The notes under the pieces: model-generated | Databases searched by the model: none | What the model saw: only the letters and a program-made list of their open reading frames with translations | Told to the model about the DNA's origin: nothing | Program-made: the position numbers and the translations under genes | Assembly (NCBI GenBank): GCA_033442325.1 | Contig: JAWQFM010000001.1 | Span: 2,584,047-2,648,046 of the forward strand | Source: Salpingoeca rosetta | Lineage: Eukaryota; Protista; Choanoflagellata | Reading direction: 5' to 3' | Length of the DNA: 64,000 bases | Shown here: positions 1-12,623 of the stretch, piece by piece | Numbering within the stretch: the first letter of the stretch is position 1 | Layout: each line of letters begins with the position of its first letter

Positions 1-431
1 TAGACGTGACAAACAAACGCGCTTGCGTCCTGCGCAACACTCAATAAACACACACGCACACACGTGTGCAGGAAGGCATTCGTTAATGCATCGCACTCAC
101 TTTCGGGAAGGGTTGACGGCGGCAAGCAGATAGGTCTTGGTGTTGCCACCAAGCGAGTCGCGGAGGAGAAAAGTGAGCTTGGAGTCGCGATACGGCACAT
201 GGCGCTGCTTGCCGTTGGCAATGGACACGAGGGCGGTGATGACGTTGCCCAGCGTCGACAGCGACTTGTTGATCTGCCCTGCCTCGCGCAGACGCGTGCC
301 GTCCGCCTGTGTGTCGCGCTGCCGCTCGGAGCCGGCAAGATCAATCAGGTTCAGCCGCGCCATCTTCACGTTGCGCAGCCCATCCCCGGTGGACTCCTGA
401 AGGCGCACAGCGTGTGGATGTGCATATGTGC

Positions 432-478
<47 letters not shown>

Positions 479-2483
479 GGGGTGTGTGATTTGGACGAGA
501 GAGATGTGTGAGCTGCATAGTGCGTGTGTGAGCAGTAGATGCTGCACTGCACAAGAACACAAAAGGTATCTTCATTCAGCTTGACACATCAAGTGTTACA
601 CAGATTGCACGGGCCATGCATGACAGCTACGTACGATGCTCTTGATGGTCATGGTGAAAATAGCGTGACTGCGGCTGCTCTCGCGGTTCATGGACGTCTC
701 TGCGGTGCGCCGGTTGCCGTTGCCAGCGTTCAGCACCTGGCACACATGGCAAGCACAACGAATGAGACGCGGGGCTGTGGCACATTGTATGTTGTGGTGG
801 CGTCTCTTGCTTGCAGCAAAAGCGGCTCAGCTTAGAATTGCCCCATCAGCGTAAAGCAAACGGACAGCATGTGCGCACGGATACAGTGGGCGTTGTGCGG
901 CAATGCAAGTGCATGGATACCTCATGAACTCTCACGTTCACACACCTACACTCTCACTGCAAAAGCACACACACACACACTGACACACACATGCAAACGC
1001 ACACACAGACACACAGACACGCACCTCCATGGCTTCGCGTGGCGACTCTACAATGTGCTCTGTGACGTCTTCGATGTGCACACCGTTGCGCACATCCTCA
1101 CGAAGATTCTTGCCCGTGCACGTGGCGTCAAGAAGGTCGTAGATGCGCTCGTTGTAAATCTCGGTGAAGGAGCAGCTGCAACTGAAGGACACATTGCCCT
1201 TCTGTATTCACAACACATACGCAAGTGTGCAACAAGATGGGGAGGGTCGATAGATGAACATTTTGTGGGTGTACGCATGAATATGAATGAGGGTGTGAGC
1301 TTGTATGAATGAGTGTGTGAGCATGTGTGAGCATGTGTGAATGAGTGTGAGTGTTTGAATGAGTGTGAGTGTGCAGTCTAAGTGTGACTGAGAAAGGCGT
1401 GTGGGCGCGGTTGTGGTGCACATGAGGCCGACACAGCACAAGCAACAGGTAATGCGCAATTGCTACAGCGGTGCGCGCGGTTACCTTCTGGCACTCGCGC
1501 TGGATCTGGCTGAAGAGGAATTCAAAAGCGCGGGGGATGATGCCGCGTTCCTCCTGCACAATGTCGTCGTTGTCGTCCTTTCTTCCCATCATGGTGAACG
1601 TTTTGCCACTCCCAGTTTGGCCGCTGCAGTGCAAGGGTTCAGATAACACAAGATGTTAACAGTGAGTTGGGGATGCATTCAGGGTGCGCAGCGACAACAT
1701 TCTACGCCGCCATGCTACAAACAAGTGTCCATAAATGCTATGAAACGCAAGTACATTGACGCACAATAGTTAAGCACACACACACACACACACACGCACA
1801 CACACATACAATATGCATGACAAGGACATTGTTTCGCCAGGTTTGTCCACTACGTACTATGCAAAGATGGTTCCATTGTAGCCTTCCAAGCAGGACTCAA
1901 TCACTCGCTTGGCCACTGTCTCAAACACTTTGTCCTGCCCAATCCAATACCAAGGCATGCGCATGTGCGCGCGCACAGGTGAGCAGCGGGAAGGCACAGC
2001 ATAATAGAGCCGCGCACAGTTGGACGCTTGCTTGCTGATTTGCTTGCTCTCAACATCTGAGACCCGCAACTGAACCACATCTCGAGAGAAAACAGCGTAA
2101 CACGTTCAAGTAGCGCTGCACACCTGAGTGGATTCCTCCGTGAGGACCTCGTCGAAGGTGAAGATGTTCTTGTTGCTCTCCAGTTTCACGGCTTTCTCGT
2201 CCACATAGTTCAGGCACTTGATGGTGTCGTTGTCGTTCACGCCAGAGCCCACCAGAGGACGCACACGCAGGATGACCTGGATGTTTTCCTCCTCCCTGTC
2301 ATTGATGCCGTACACACACACACACGCACGCACACGAAGGTGTGCAAATTTCCACACTCATGCCATGAGAGTACGCTCAAGTCGCACGTCTGTCTTGAAT
2401 CAAACAGGCGTCCATGCACGCATCGCTCACCACCCACCACCCTACGCCACGAGACCTACTCACTTCTCGCACTCGGTTGCCAT
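1..2483 (-). CDS. KIF15: Kinesin-12/KIF15-like motor; multi-exon, 3' part runs off the window
   Basis: Spliced [20 protein letters not shown]...[16 protein letters not shown] (P-loop)...[14 protein letters not shown]...HAIFT...[71 protein letters not shown]. The switch-II to alpha5 segment closely matches the KIF15 subfamily. ATG at 2483; exon 1-2 join checked in frame. Confidence 0.9.
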
Positions 2484-2641
2484 CTTCGCGGTGGGGATCA
2501 GAAACAAACTCCGCCCTTGTTGGTCGCTGTTTCTTTCAGACCCTTGGCTGTCGGTCGCCCGCGGCCTGCTTCACACGCTTGCGCTCGCTTCAGCAGTCCT
2601 GATGCTGAGATGCTGTGTGTTGGCTGTTGTGGTGGTGCTTG

Positions 2642-2763
2642 CTTGAATTCGCGGCAGCCGTTGCTTTGAAGATTTGGCGGCAGAGGATTTTGGGCGATTG
2701 TTGGAAGATACCGATAATAATCTGAGGCATTCGTTGGTCAGCCCCCTCGCCGCGAAAATTCAA
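2642..2763. promoter_or_regulatory. Candidate E2F/CHR composite elements in the KIF15-NDC80 bidirectional promoter
   Basis: TTGAATTCGCGGC (2643-2655), TTTGAAGATTTGGCGGC (2665-2681) and an inverted copy GCCGCGAAAATTCAA (2749-2763). Confidence 0.5.
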
Positions 2764-3039
2764 TTTTCCAGCAACCAGCACAAACAGCAGACACCACAGA
2801 CCGCCACAACAGCGCGACTGTCACAAGCGACCACAGCAAACAAACAAGCAAGCAAGGACGTGTGCACGCGTGGTGCTGTGCTGAAGCATACAGATTGACG
2901 TGAGTGTGAGAGAGCGAGAGCGTGCGTGAATTGAGGGGGAGGCTTAGCTGGCTGATCTCGTTTGAAGGCAACCAAGCATCAACCAACACAGACGACAGCT
3001 TCCCATCAGCATCAACCAACTCGCAGCAAGAAAACGACT

Positions 3040-6000
3040 ATGGCATACCGCGGAGCGCTGAGCCGCGTGAGCCTGAGCGAGGACAATGCACGTGCGGGGC
3101 GCAAGTCCATGGGTGGCCCCATCAAGAGGCAATCGCGTGGAGGGCGCAACAGCCTTGCACCCCAGAGCAAGCGCGAGAGCCTCGCCGGTCCCAAGGCCTC
3201 CTCTCGCAAGTCCATGGCAGGCCGGCCATCCACGGGCGGGCGGCCATCGACTGCAGGCCGCTACTCGATGGGTGGGCGCCAGAGCATGGGCGGCGCAAAC
3301 AGCCGCCGCTCCAGCATGCACCGTCGACCAGAGCCCCGCCCTCTGAGCGACAAAGGATACAAGCAGCAGAGCATCAAGGAGCTGATGGAGTTCCTGGTGT
3401 ACAACCAGTTCCCAAAGGCCATTTCCGAGCAGCGCCTCAAGGGGCCCTCCACGCGCGAGTTTGTGGAGATTTTCCAGTTTGTGTATGAGCGCTTGGATCC
3501 TTGCTTCCCCTGGGCCAAGCTCAAGGCCGAGGATGAGATTCCAACCTTGCTCAAGGCCATCGGCTACCCGTTCTCCGTCAAGCCCAGCCTCATCATCTCC
3601 TGCGGCAGCCCCCACAACTGGCCAAAGCTTCTCGGCGCCCTTCGCTGGATGATCGAGCTCACAGACGTACGTGCGTGTGGGTGTGTGGGTGTGTGGGTGT
3701 GTGGGTGTGTGTGTGTGTGTTTGGAAGTGAGTGATGTGGAGGAGGACAAAGTGATTGCTTCGTGCGTGTGCGTGTGCGTGTGCGTGTGCGTGTGTGTGCG
3801 TGCGTGTGCGTGCATGTGTGGATGTGCAGAAAGGAGGAGTTCCTTCGTTCTGATTTTGTGCGCAAGTACGTGAGATGACTGCCTTTGGACGTGCTTCTGC
3901 TATGATGATACCGCCACGCTCATTGCACTTCTGTCGCGTGCACACATTACCAACAGTTCTTGGAGGATCACAAGGACAACATTCTCCGCCTCCTCATCTC
4001 CCAAGCGCAGCTGCTGTCTGCTGACCGTGAGGGCGACTTCTTTGGCACCGCCGACAGCGAGGAAATGCTGGAGACACTGCAGTTTATCCTCGAAACAGCT
4101 GAGGTGAGTGTGGGGGGAATGCCACGTGTACTTCTGGGCACTAAATCAACAATGCACACCCATACACTCACACACGCATTCACACGCATTCACACGCACA
4201 TGGGCTTGATTGCATTTCCCTCGCTCTCCACTCACACTCACCACCCCCACCACCCTCACACGGATGGCGTGAGCAGACCTTCCGGCAGCACGGCGAGGAC
4301 GGGATGCTGCCATCGCTGGAGCCCGAGGCTGTGGAGGAGAAGCGCATGCAGGTGATTGAGGAGCGAGAGGCCCTCAAGGCAGAGAGCGAGCAGCTGCGCG
4401 CACAGCGCGATGAGCTTGAGTCTGCAAGCAGCAGGCTGCCCAAGCTGCGGCAGAAGAAGGCGGAGGTGGAGAGCGACTGCGAGCAGTTGACGCAGGAGCT
4501 TGCAAAGGGGCGGCAGAGCGAGGAACGGTACGACAAGCGCATCGCAGAGTTGCAACAGTTTCTGGAAGCGCGCAAGGAGGAGCTCGCAAACGTTCAAGCT
4601 CGCAAGAGGAAACTGCAGGTGCGTGCGCGCGCGCGCGTGTGTGTGTCTGTGTCTGTGTGTGGCGTGTGTTGTGAGGGGATGTCAGGTGTACACGAATGGT
4701 CTGAATTGTGTGTGTGTGTGTGTGCGTGCGCTGTTTGTGTCGTGCGTTATTTCGTTGTGTATTGTATGTGTTGTGTCTCCTCCCAAAGTACCTTCAGATG
4801 TCGTGGACGGCCATGCATGCTTCACAAACGTCTGTCCTTCCCCTCACCGACACACCTTCAACGCCCACCGCCTGTCTTGATGTACGTGTGTGCAGGAGAC
4901 GTGTGATGCGCAAGACATGCAGCGAGAGCAGTTTGAGCAAGTGCAGACGGAGCTTGCGCGCCTGAAGACGGATTTGAAGAGCACACGCTTCCAGATTCGC
5001 CAGCGCAAGGACGACGTGAAGGCAAAGCAGGACGCTGTTGCACAGAAGGAGCAGCAACTGATTGAGCTGCTCAACGACTACAACCACCTCGTCTGCGAGC
5101 TTGGTGTAAGAGGACAGACACACCTACATACATTTGTCTTCTTGCGTGTATCCCGTGCATGTGTGGCTGTGTTGTGCTGCACTGTGCTGCTTGCCGTATT
5201 GCCCCCTCGGCCTGAATTGATTGATTGCACACTTCTCCATCCTCCCAATCATAATTCCCATACCTCATCGTCTGCCCCGTCTGTCATCTCGGTTAACTAC
5301 CTCGCCCTCCGCTGTGCGTTCAGTTGACGTCTGCCAACGCCAACAACCCCGTCAGCCGCGACTGCCGCCTCCGCGTTCAGACTACAGCCGACTCTGTCGA
5401 CGAAATTCTCTCAGGTGCGTGTGTGTGTGTATGTATGTTCGCATCGTGAATCTCAGGAGGTGTGCGCGCTTGTCCTCGTTGTTGGTGTCGCATGTCACAA
5501 TTCTGCTCTCTACCCACGCAAGGAGTGCTCCCATACTCCCAGCCTCACATTCCATTCTCGGACGTTTTATTCCACAGCGAATGTGAAGCGCGACATTGCG
5601 CCCGCCATCCAGGAGTTCCGTGGCCAGGTGCAGCAAAGCCTGCAGCAGGCCGGGCTGGAGCAGCAGCACGTGGCGCGGCAGTTGGCGGAGGTGCAGCAGC
5701 AAATTGATGCGAAGCGGGAGGAAATTGGCAGCCTCGAACAGCGCATTCAGGCCACCATGAAGCACTGCTCCAACGAGGAAGAGGTGCGGATATGAATGGT
5801 GGCGTTGCGCGTGGTGTGTTTGAGTGATGATGGTATCAGCCGCGCCAGTTCCCTTGATGGTGTTGGCGATCTCTCTTGCTCGCCCTGCTCACACATACAC
5901 GCACATATACATCACGCACGTGCACACGCTGACTCGCGTACACATCACACTCTCCTACACTACACATGCATTGGTACTGACAATCATGCTCACACGGACA

Positions 6001-6552
6001 CACACACACACACGCACACACGCACACACGCACGCACACACACACACACGCACACACGCACGCACACGCACGCACACGCACGCACACGCACGCACAGCTG
6101 CTGAGGGAGGAACGCCAGCGCCACGAGTCGTCGCTCAAGTCGGAGCAGGGCGAAGCCAGCCGTCTGCGGGAAGAGGTGGACACCCTGCGGCATCAGAGCC
6201 AGGTGCAGCTTGAGCACGCCATGCGCCGATACCAGGAGCTCAAGGAGAGCTGTGCCCGTGAGGAAGAGCGCCTGAACAAGGTCATCTTCGAGGCCCTCAC
6301 CGCCGTTGTGCACTACAAGGTATGGCAGCAAGACAGTGATGAAGGTGTTGCGGTGATAGTGTTGTACTGCTGTGGTTTCTGCAGGATGAACTCCATATGC
6401 ACACGCGTGGAAAGAAGTGTCTGCTCCCGCTCACTCACCGAGTAATCTACAACTCTGTGTGTGTGTGTGCCTGCCTGCTGTGCAACAACTATCACATCCA
6501 GGAATACGTCACCAACGTGCTTGCCCAGATGCAAGCCCGGTACTGCCAATGA
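3040..6552 (+). CDS. NDC80: Kinetochore protein NDC80/HEC1
   Basis: Basic Ser/Arg-rich N-terminal tail (RKSM, RRSS Aurora-like sites), then the CH domain PRPLSDKGYKQQSIKELMEFL...PSTREFVEIFQFVYERLDP...EDEIPTLLKAIGYPF...GSPHNWPKLLGALRWMIEL, then long coiled-coil exons. Last exon EYVTNVLAQMQARYCQ*, TGA 6550-6552. Confidence 0.93.
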
Positions 6553-6780
6553 TTGCGCCTCTTTTGGCAATTGATGTAGTCCATGCATGTTGTTGCTGCA
6601 GTCGTAGTTGGTGTTCTTCTTCTTCTTCTTCTTCTTGTTGCTTTGCAAGGGCCCAAGACATTGGTTCTCGCGTGATGATGATGGGTGATGAGTGATGATT
6701 GGTTGATGATGGTTTGGTCCCAGAAACACGATCCGGTGAGGCTGTTGCTATTCTTCTGTTGATGCTGTGTGTGCTTGCGC

Positions 6781-6881
<101 letters not shown>

Positions 6882-7502
6882 GGAGGGTGGGTCCTCTTTT
6901 TTTTGGTTTCACGACACGTTGCTTGTTTGATCGATTGCATTGCTTGTACAGCACGTTGTTTCCTTTCTGCTGTTGTTTGTTCTGTGTGCACCTGCGCTGT
7001 TGTTGGTGGCTGCTTCTCTGCTACTGTGAGTGGCTTCGCCGTCCTTTTGTTCAACTTGTAATGACGTCCAATACATACAAGCAAGTCACGGTTCAGTAAG
7101 CGTTCAAAGTAAGCAAGAAGCAAGACGTGGGAGAGACGTCAAGGAAGATAGATAGCAGAAGGAACGAAGGCGTCTTTCCAATAAGTTGGCACGCGGCCAA
7201 CGTTTGTACACAGCAAAGGGCACATGGAGTGTGGAGCACTAAGATCAGTGGGATATAATGCGATAAGAGTGGTGGCTTCAAGCCGTTCAGCAGGCACGCA
7301 AGCAGGGCAAGAGGACATGACATGCTCAACGGGCGCAGAGTGCGGTAGGGTGCAAAGTTGACGATGCCTTGGTGTTGTGAGGGAACATTGCATGTACAAC
7401 ATGTGTGGTTATGACAAGGGCATGTACAAGGGTGCAGATGCTCCGATGAAATGATAAAGCAGAGGCAGAGGGAGGTAGGGGAGAGAAGGGACGGCAGATC
7501 TG

Positions 7503-8653
7503 TCACGCACGCGCGCGTGTCATGCCAAACATGCTCTGCAGGGTTCGATGAACCGCTAAGCGCTGCCGTCCGTCGACCTTGCGCATGGCACCAAAGCTGA
7601 GCTCTGTGTAATGTGATGGGAGGAAGGAATGTGTGACATGTGGTTTGCAGCATAGAGCATTGAGTATGTGACGAGTCACAGCCCTGCAGCTGAGCAGGGG
7701 ATCGTCGTACCTGTGTACTTGCGACGTTAACAAAGCACACGGCTGCGGGGACACACGCACACACACATACACACACACATACACACTCACTCACACACAC
7801 ACTCACTCACACACACACTCACTCACACACACACGCACATACGTGCACACGCATATGTACGTGCACACTCAGATATAGCAACGTCTGACGTACTTCGGCT
7901 TTTGGTTTCAAAGTGATAAAACTCGGGGATGACGGCCTGGCGCTCATCATCCCATGGCATGACCCACAGGAAACCAAACTTGTGCAGCCTCTCGTTTGAG
8001 ACAACAACGTAGCGGTGATGAAGCCTGCCTTTCCCAGCTGCCTCCGTGTCAACGACAAGGCGCCAGCAGTGGTCTGTGGTGGATGTGTCGTGGAGCCGAG
8101 CGACCATCTTCCACGCCTCATCGCGAGCGGCTTGCAGCACAGACGCGCGCACGGGGGCTTTGGGACGCCAGCTTTGCAGGTCACCTGTACGGATGTGGAT
8201 GACATCTGCAAAGCAATCCTTTGGCGCACCATCCTGCTCGCGTGTCACCGGTACGGAGGGCAGTGGCCTGCGCTTTCGGTTTTCGATGACGCTGGGCTTT
8301 GTGGTGGTGAGCATGATGCCGAGCACACGGCCAGTGCGCCGATCCTGCGAAAGCGGCAGGCAGTAGCGATAGCCGTCGCTGCGACGGTGGTCGCGCTTCT
8401 CATTTCCCACGGTGTTGTTGTGGAAGCCATCCCAGACAAACCTTCCAACGGCAGCTACACAGGACAAGCAAATGCAGCGCAACGCAACCCAGTCAAGCCC
8501 AACACGCAAACAGTCATAGCACAGGGCGCAGAGGAAAAGTGAGTTAGGGGCGAGGCGCCAAGGAGCAGGGGGGCAAGGTTCTAAGGTGGTTGAGCAGGAG
8601 TGGGCTGAACGCCATGGGTGCACGACTGTACCTTGTTGACCAGGCGATGTCAT
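7503..8653 (-). CDS. Hypothetical protein, no recognised domain; 3' end uncertain
   Basis: Exon 1 MTSPGQQ(G|gtacag) splices in phase to a roughly 565-nt open, microsatellite-free exon (AAVGRFVWDGFHNN...VIPEFYHFETKSR|gtacgt). Downstream exons are ambiguous. Confidence 0.45.
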
Positions 8654-8827
8654 GGTGGTCGACGTCGATGTGACAATGACCAAGGGGAGTAGAGCGTACC
8701 AAATCAGTGGGAATGGGGAAGATGGGGTTGGTTGATTGTGTTAGGTCTCACTGCAAGTTGTCTTGCTTGCTGTTACTGTTGTTGCTGCTTGCTGTTGCTG
8801 CTTGCTGTTGCTGCTTGCTGCTGGTGC

Positions 8828-8859
<32 letters not shown>

Positions 8860-8943
8860 TGCTGCTGGTGGTGGTGGTGCTGCTGTTGGTGGTGTTGCTT
8901 GTGCATGTCAGACAAACGAGACGTAAATAACGTTCACGCTTGC

Positions 8944-9220
8944 TTTTGGCGGGAACATGCACAAACAAGTGCACACAACATTTGGCGCGAGCATGTCTAT
9001 GTCATCAAGACAAGGCGGTCGAATCGTCTGCCCGCTGAGACAAAACTTCCCGAGCTTCGCCACAGTTTTTGGAACACCCAGTTCCCGCACTACTGCCGAA
9101 CGTAACGTGAGATGTGACTGCTTGCTTGCTTCTGCGCGCGCGCGTGTGTGTTTGTTTGTGTGTGTGCGTGGTTTATTGGGGAAAACTCGCTGAAATCTTA
9201 CACTGTTCCCGGCGCTCAAA
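8944..9220. promoter_or_regulatory. Cluster of E2F-like sites
   Basis: TTTTGGCGGGAA (8944-8955), TTTGGCGCG (8981-8989), TTCCCGC (9082-9088), TTCCCGGCGC (9206-9215). Confidence 0.4.
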
Positions 9221-9400
9221 GGTGTGTACTTTGTTTGCGTTTCATTTGCTTGCTTGTTCGGGGTCGGTGGGCCTCATCAGTGACATGAATGAGCTCCATT
9301 ACTTCGTCCCAGCGCAGAGCCACAGCACGCGAGACATGACTGCTCCTAACACATACCGCACGCGACAATTCTTTTGCACCCGCAATTGGCAAACCATCCA

Positions 9401-9517
<117 letters not shown>

Positions 9518-9719
9518 CAGTTTGGAGTGTGTTACAGCAACGTACAGTAATATCAATGATCTTTATCGAGAGAAGAGACAGACAAAACACAATGTACAAC
9601 GCAGCAGCCATGAAGGCACAAGCACACAAGCACAGACACAGATGCACACCTAGGTACAGGGTGGACGGTGAGGGCCACCCATGGCAGAATCGAGGATGTT
9701 CAAGGCACACACTGCAGGC

Positions 9720-11771
9720 TTACAGGAGATCATTTCCTGGCTTGGGCTCCATGCTCTTTGGAACCAGTTTGATGTCATCAATGTCGCCAAACACGGGGTC
9801 AAAGTCGCCCTCGCAGAGCGTGCGCAGGTTGTAGAAGAAGGCGCGCTTCTGCTGAGCAGAGATGAACGGGTTGTTGCCGAGCGCCGTTGCACACAGCTGC
9901 GCAAAGTACTTGACGTTGGGTGCCGCCCCTTCAAACTGCTCCATCTCCTTGCTGAAGTCCGTGTGCTGGCGCATGCGCTCCTCAATCGGCAGCGCCGACA
10001 AGTCCATGCCCTATCCGGGTGTGAGTGTGTATGTGTGAGTGAGTGAGTGAGTGTGTGTGAGTGAGTGAGTGAGTGAGTGAGTGAGTGAGTGTGTGTGTGT
10101 GAGTGAGTGAGTGAGTGAGTGTGTGTGTGTGAGTGAGTGAGTGAGTGAGTGAGTGAGTGAGTGAGTGAGTGAGTGTGTGGGTGTGTGTNNNNNNNNNNNN
10201 NNNNNNNNNNNNNNNNNNNNNNNNNNNNNNNNNNNNNNNNNNNNNNNNNNNNNNNNNNNNNNNNNNNNNNNNNNNNNNNNNNNNNNNNCAGACCCGACTT
10301 ACGTGTTCGATGGCGCCAATCTCGTTGTCCAGCGTCTTGGGACCAGGGAACGAGGACACAGCCATGGATTCCCTGTACGCAGTATTGAAACAGGTACAAG
10401 AACCAAGCGGTCACGTGAGCGCGAAGAAGGCTCAGGGCAATGCATGCACAGACGTGTGTGTGTGTGTGTGGGGGGGGGAGACAAACACACGCTTGCAAAA
10501 CACTTACATCTGCACAGACAACAGACAAAGCCCACCTACACACTCACGCACCTGCTATCGTGGTAATCTGAAACAGAGATGACGTTCTCTGATGTCGTTG
10601 AACCAAACCATGCTGTGTTGACCAACAAGCACATGTGTGTGTGTGTGCGAAGGTGTGTGGGTTCGAAATGGTCCATCTCGTCAACCGTACGAGAGAAAAC
10701 AAGTGCGAGTCAGGCATGCAGTGAACGGACAAGTACACATACACAGACGGGCCCGCGTACACACGCACGCACGCACGTACGCACACACACACACTCACAC
10801 TCACACACGCACGCACGCACGCACACACGCACACACACACACACGCACTCACACACTCACTCACACACACTCTGATAGCCACACAGGCACGTACATTGTT
10901 GGGAAGGCTTGACATTGGCGGACTGGCTGAGGATGGAGGCGACGGCCGGGGGCAGGCCTTCGTGCTGCTCTACCTTCTCGGACGAGACCTCGACGGAGGG
11001 CAGGCTGCGCGCGTTCTGGTCGCCAGCAGGTGCAGTTGTCGGGGCTGTTTCCTCCTTGTACTTTTCAAGCGCTTCCTTCAGCTCAGGGAACTCATGGGCC
11101 AGGTCACGCAAGAAGTGCTCGGGCGCAACTTCCTTCTCCAACGCAGCCAGCTGCTCCTGGGTGAGTGCCTTGCCAAGGTTGGGGAAGGTGCGTGGGCCGT
11201 ACCTGAAGGCCGCGCGCACAGCCTCGCGCGTGGCCGGGTCAGAGATGAAGTCAAAGGATGGCGTGCGGCTCTCCCGCTCCTGTGCTGAGATGTAGCGGCG
11301 CCGCTGGTGACGCTTGCCACTTGCTGCCAGCTGTGTGGTGTCAGTGGCATTGGCCTTCGCGTTTGCCTCGGGGTGCTGGGACTTTCCTTGCTGCGCGTGG
11401 GTCGGAGTGGTGGTGGCAGTGTCCGTGCGTTGCTTTCGCGCTTTGCTCAGCACGCTATCCAGAAATGACGGTGTGGATGCGCTGACCGCAGAAGCAGAAG
11501 CAGAAGCAGAAGACGAAGGCGAAGAAGAAGAAGAAGAAGAAGAAGAAGAAGAAGAAGCGCTTGCCTCAGGTTTTGCAGAGGCAGTTGAGCCGGGTCCATG
11601 GCGGCGGCCCTTGTTGCTGCCATCCTTGTCATCTGCGCGATAGGATGTGTTTGTGGTGTGGAAGGCGCGTGTGCGGGAGGAAGCGAACAGCGCCTTGGTG
11701 GTAGTGCCTGCGCAGCTGTCAGCCTGCACAGCCGCCATCACAGCCGCTCGCCTCATGCTCGCCAGCATCAT
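9720..11771 (-). CDS. MRPS31: Mitochondrial small ribosomal subunit protein mS31-like
   Basis: N-terminal presequence-like MMLASMRRAAVMAA...SRTRAFHTT; four exons join in frame. C-terminus LDNEIG...QHTDFSKEMEQFEGAAPNVKYFAQLCATALGNNPFISAQQKRAFF resembles the mS31 conserved C-terminus (NNE.G...H.FL...F....IRHFMELV..GLSKNPYLSVKQK). Confidence 0.7.
10021..10188. repeat. (GAGT)n/(GT)n compound microsatellite abutting an N-gap
   Basis: Seen directly. Related arrays at 16921-17086 and 29987-30172. Confidence 0.95.
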
Positions 11772-11880
11772 CCTGTGTGTTGACTGGGGTTGGTTTGTTG
11801 GTGTGCGTGTGCTGGTGAATGTGGACGATTTACTGATATCTTGGCAAACATTCCACACCTCTCACCTCGCCAACCAGCCA

Positions 11881-11891
11881 GTGAGTGGATG

Positions 11892-11922
<31 letters not shown>

Positions 11923-12048
11923 TGGATGGTGTGTGTGTGTGTGTGTGTGTGTGTTTGTACTTATGTACTTGTGCGTGTGTGTGTATTTGTGCTTGTGCGT
12001 GTGTGTGTGTGTGGATGGTGTGTGTGTGTGTGTTTGTACTTATGTACT

Positions 12049-12079
<31 letters not shown>

Positions 12080-12130
12080 ACTTGTGTGTGTGTGTTTGTT
12101 CTTATGTTGTACTTATGTGCGTGTGTGTTT
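11881..12130. repeat. Compound minisatellite: GGATGG(TG)n and TTTGTACTTATGTACTTGTGCG(TG)n units
   Basis: GGATGGTGTG occurs three times; TTTGTACTTATGTACTTGTGCGTG occurs twice, plus degenerate copies. Confidence 0.85.
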
Positions 12131-12279
12131 GCTGGCGAACTGTTCTCCTGGCTGAATCGTTTCCCGTGCCCTCTCCCTTTCCCTCAACTTGCACCACCCC
12201 CACTCACTGTACGCTCTGCCTGGGTCCGTGTATCTTGGCGGCAGCCCACGCACGCGTGCCTTGCGTCCCACTCGTCATC

Positions 12280-12586
12280 ATGTCCGGTATCGCTGATCCT
12301 TCCATCCGAATGGATTCGGAGTACTACAAGAAGGCGACGAGCGTGGAGGAGATGAAGGAAACGTCCGCCGTCTTGAAGGCCGCTGCACGTCACATGGGCC
12401 AGGCATGCGCTGAGGTTTCCCTCGGCTACATGAGGTGGGGGTTTTTGGGGGAGGAAGCGGAAGGAGCGATGGGCCATTGTGTGTTTGTTCGCGCGTGTGT
12501 GTTCATGTGTGTGCGTGTGTGTTCATGTGTGTGTGTGTGTTTGTGTGCTTGTGTGTTTTTCATACACAACGATGCTCTCGCGCTGT

Positions 12587-12623
<37 letters not shown>

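Noticed and set aside
8015-8542. 175-aa + strand ORF antisense to the orphan exon
   Set aside because: No splice or motif support; the - strand reading has an in-phase junction. It cannot be wholly excluded.
11881-12130. Repeat-spacer pattern resembling a CRISPR array
   Set aside because: The spacers are (TG)n, the context is eukaryotic, and there are no cas genes.
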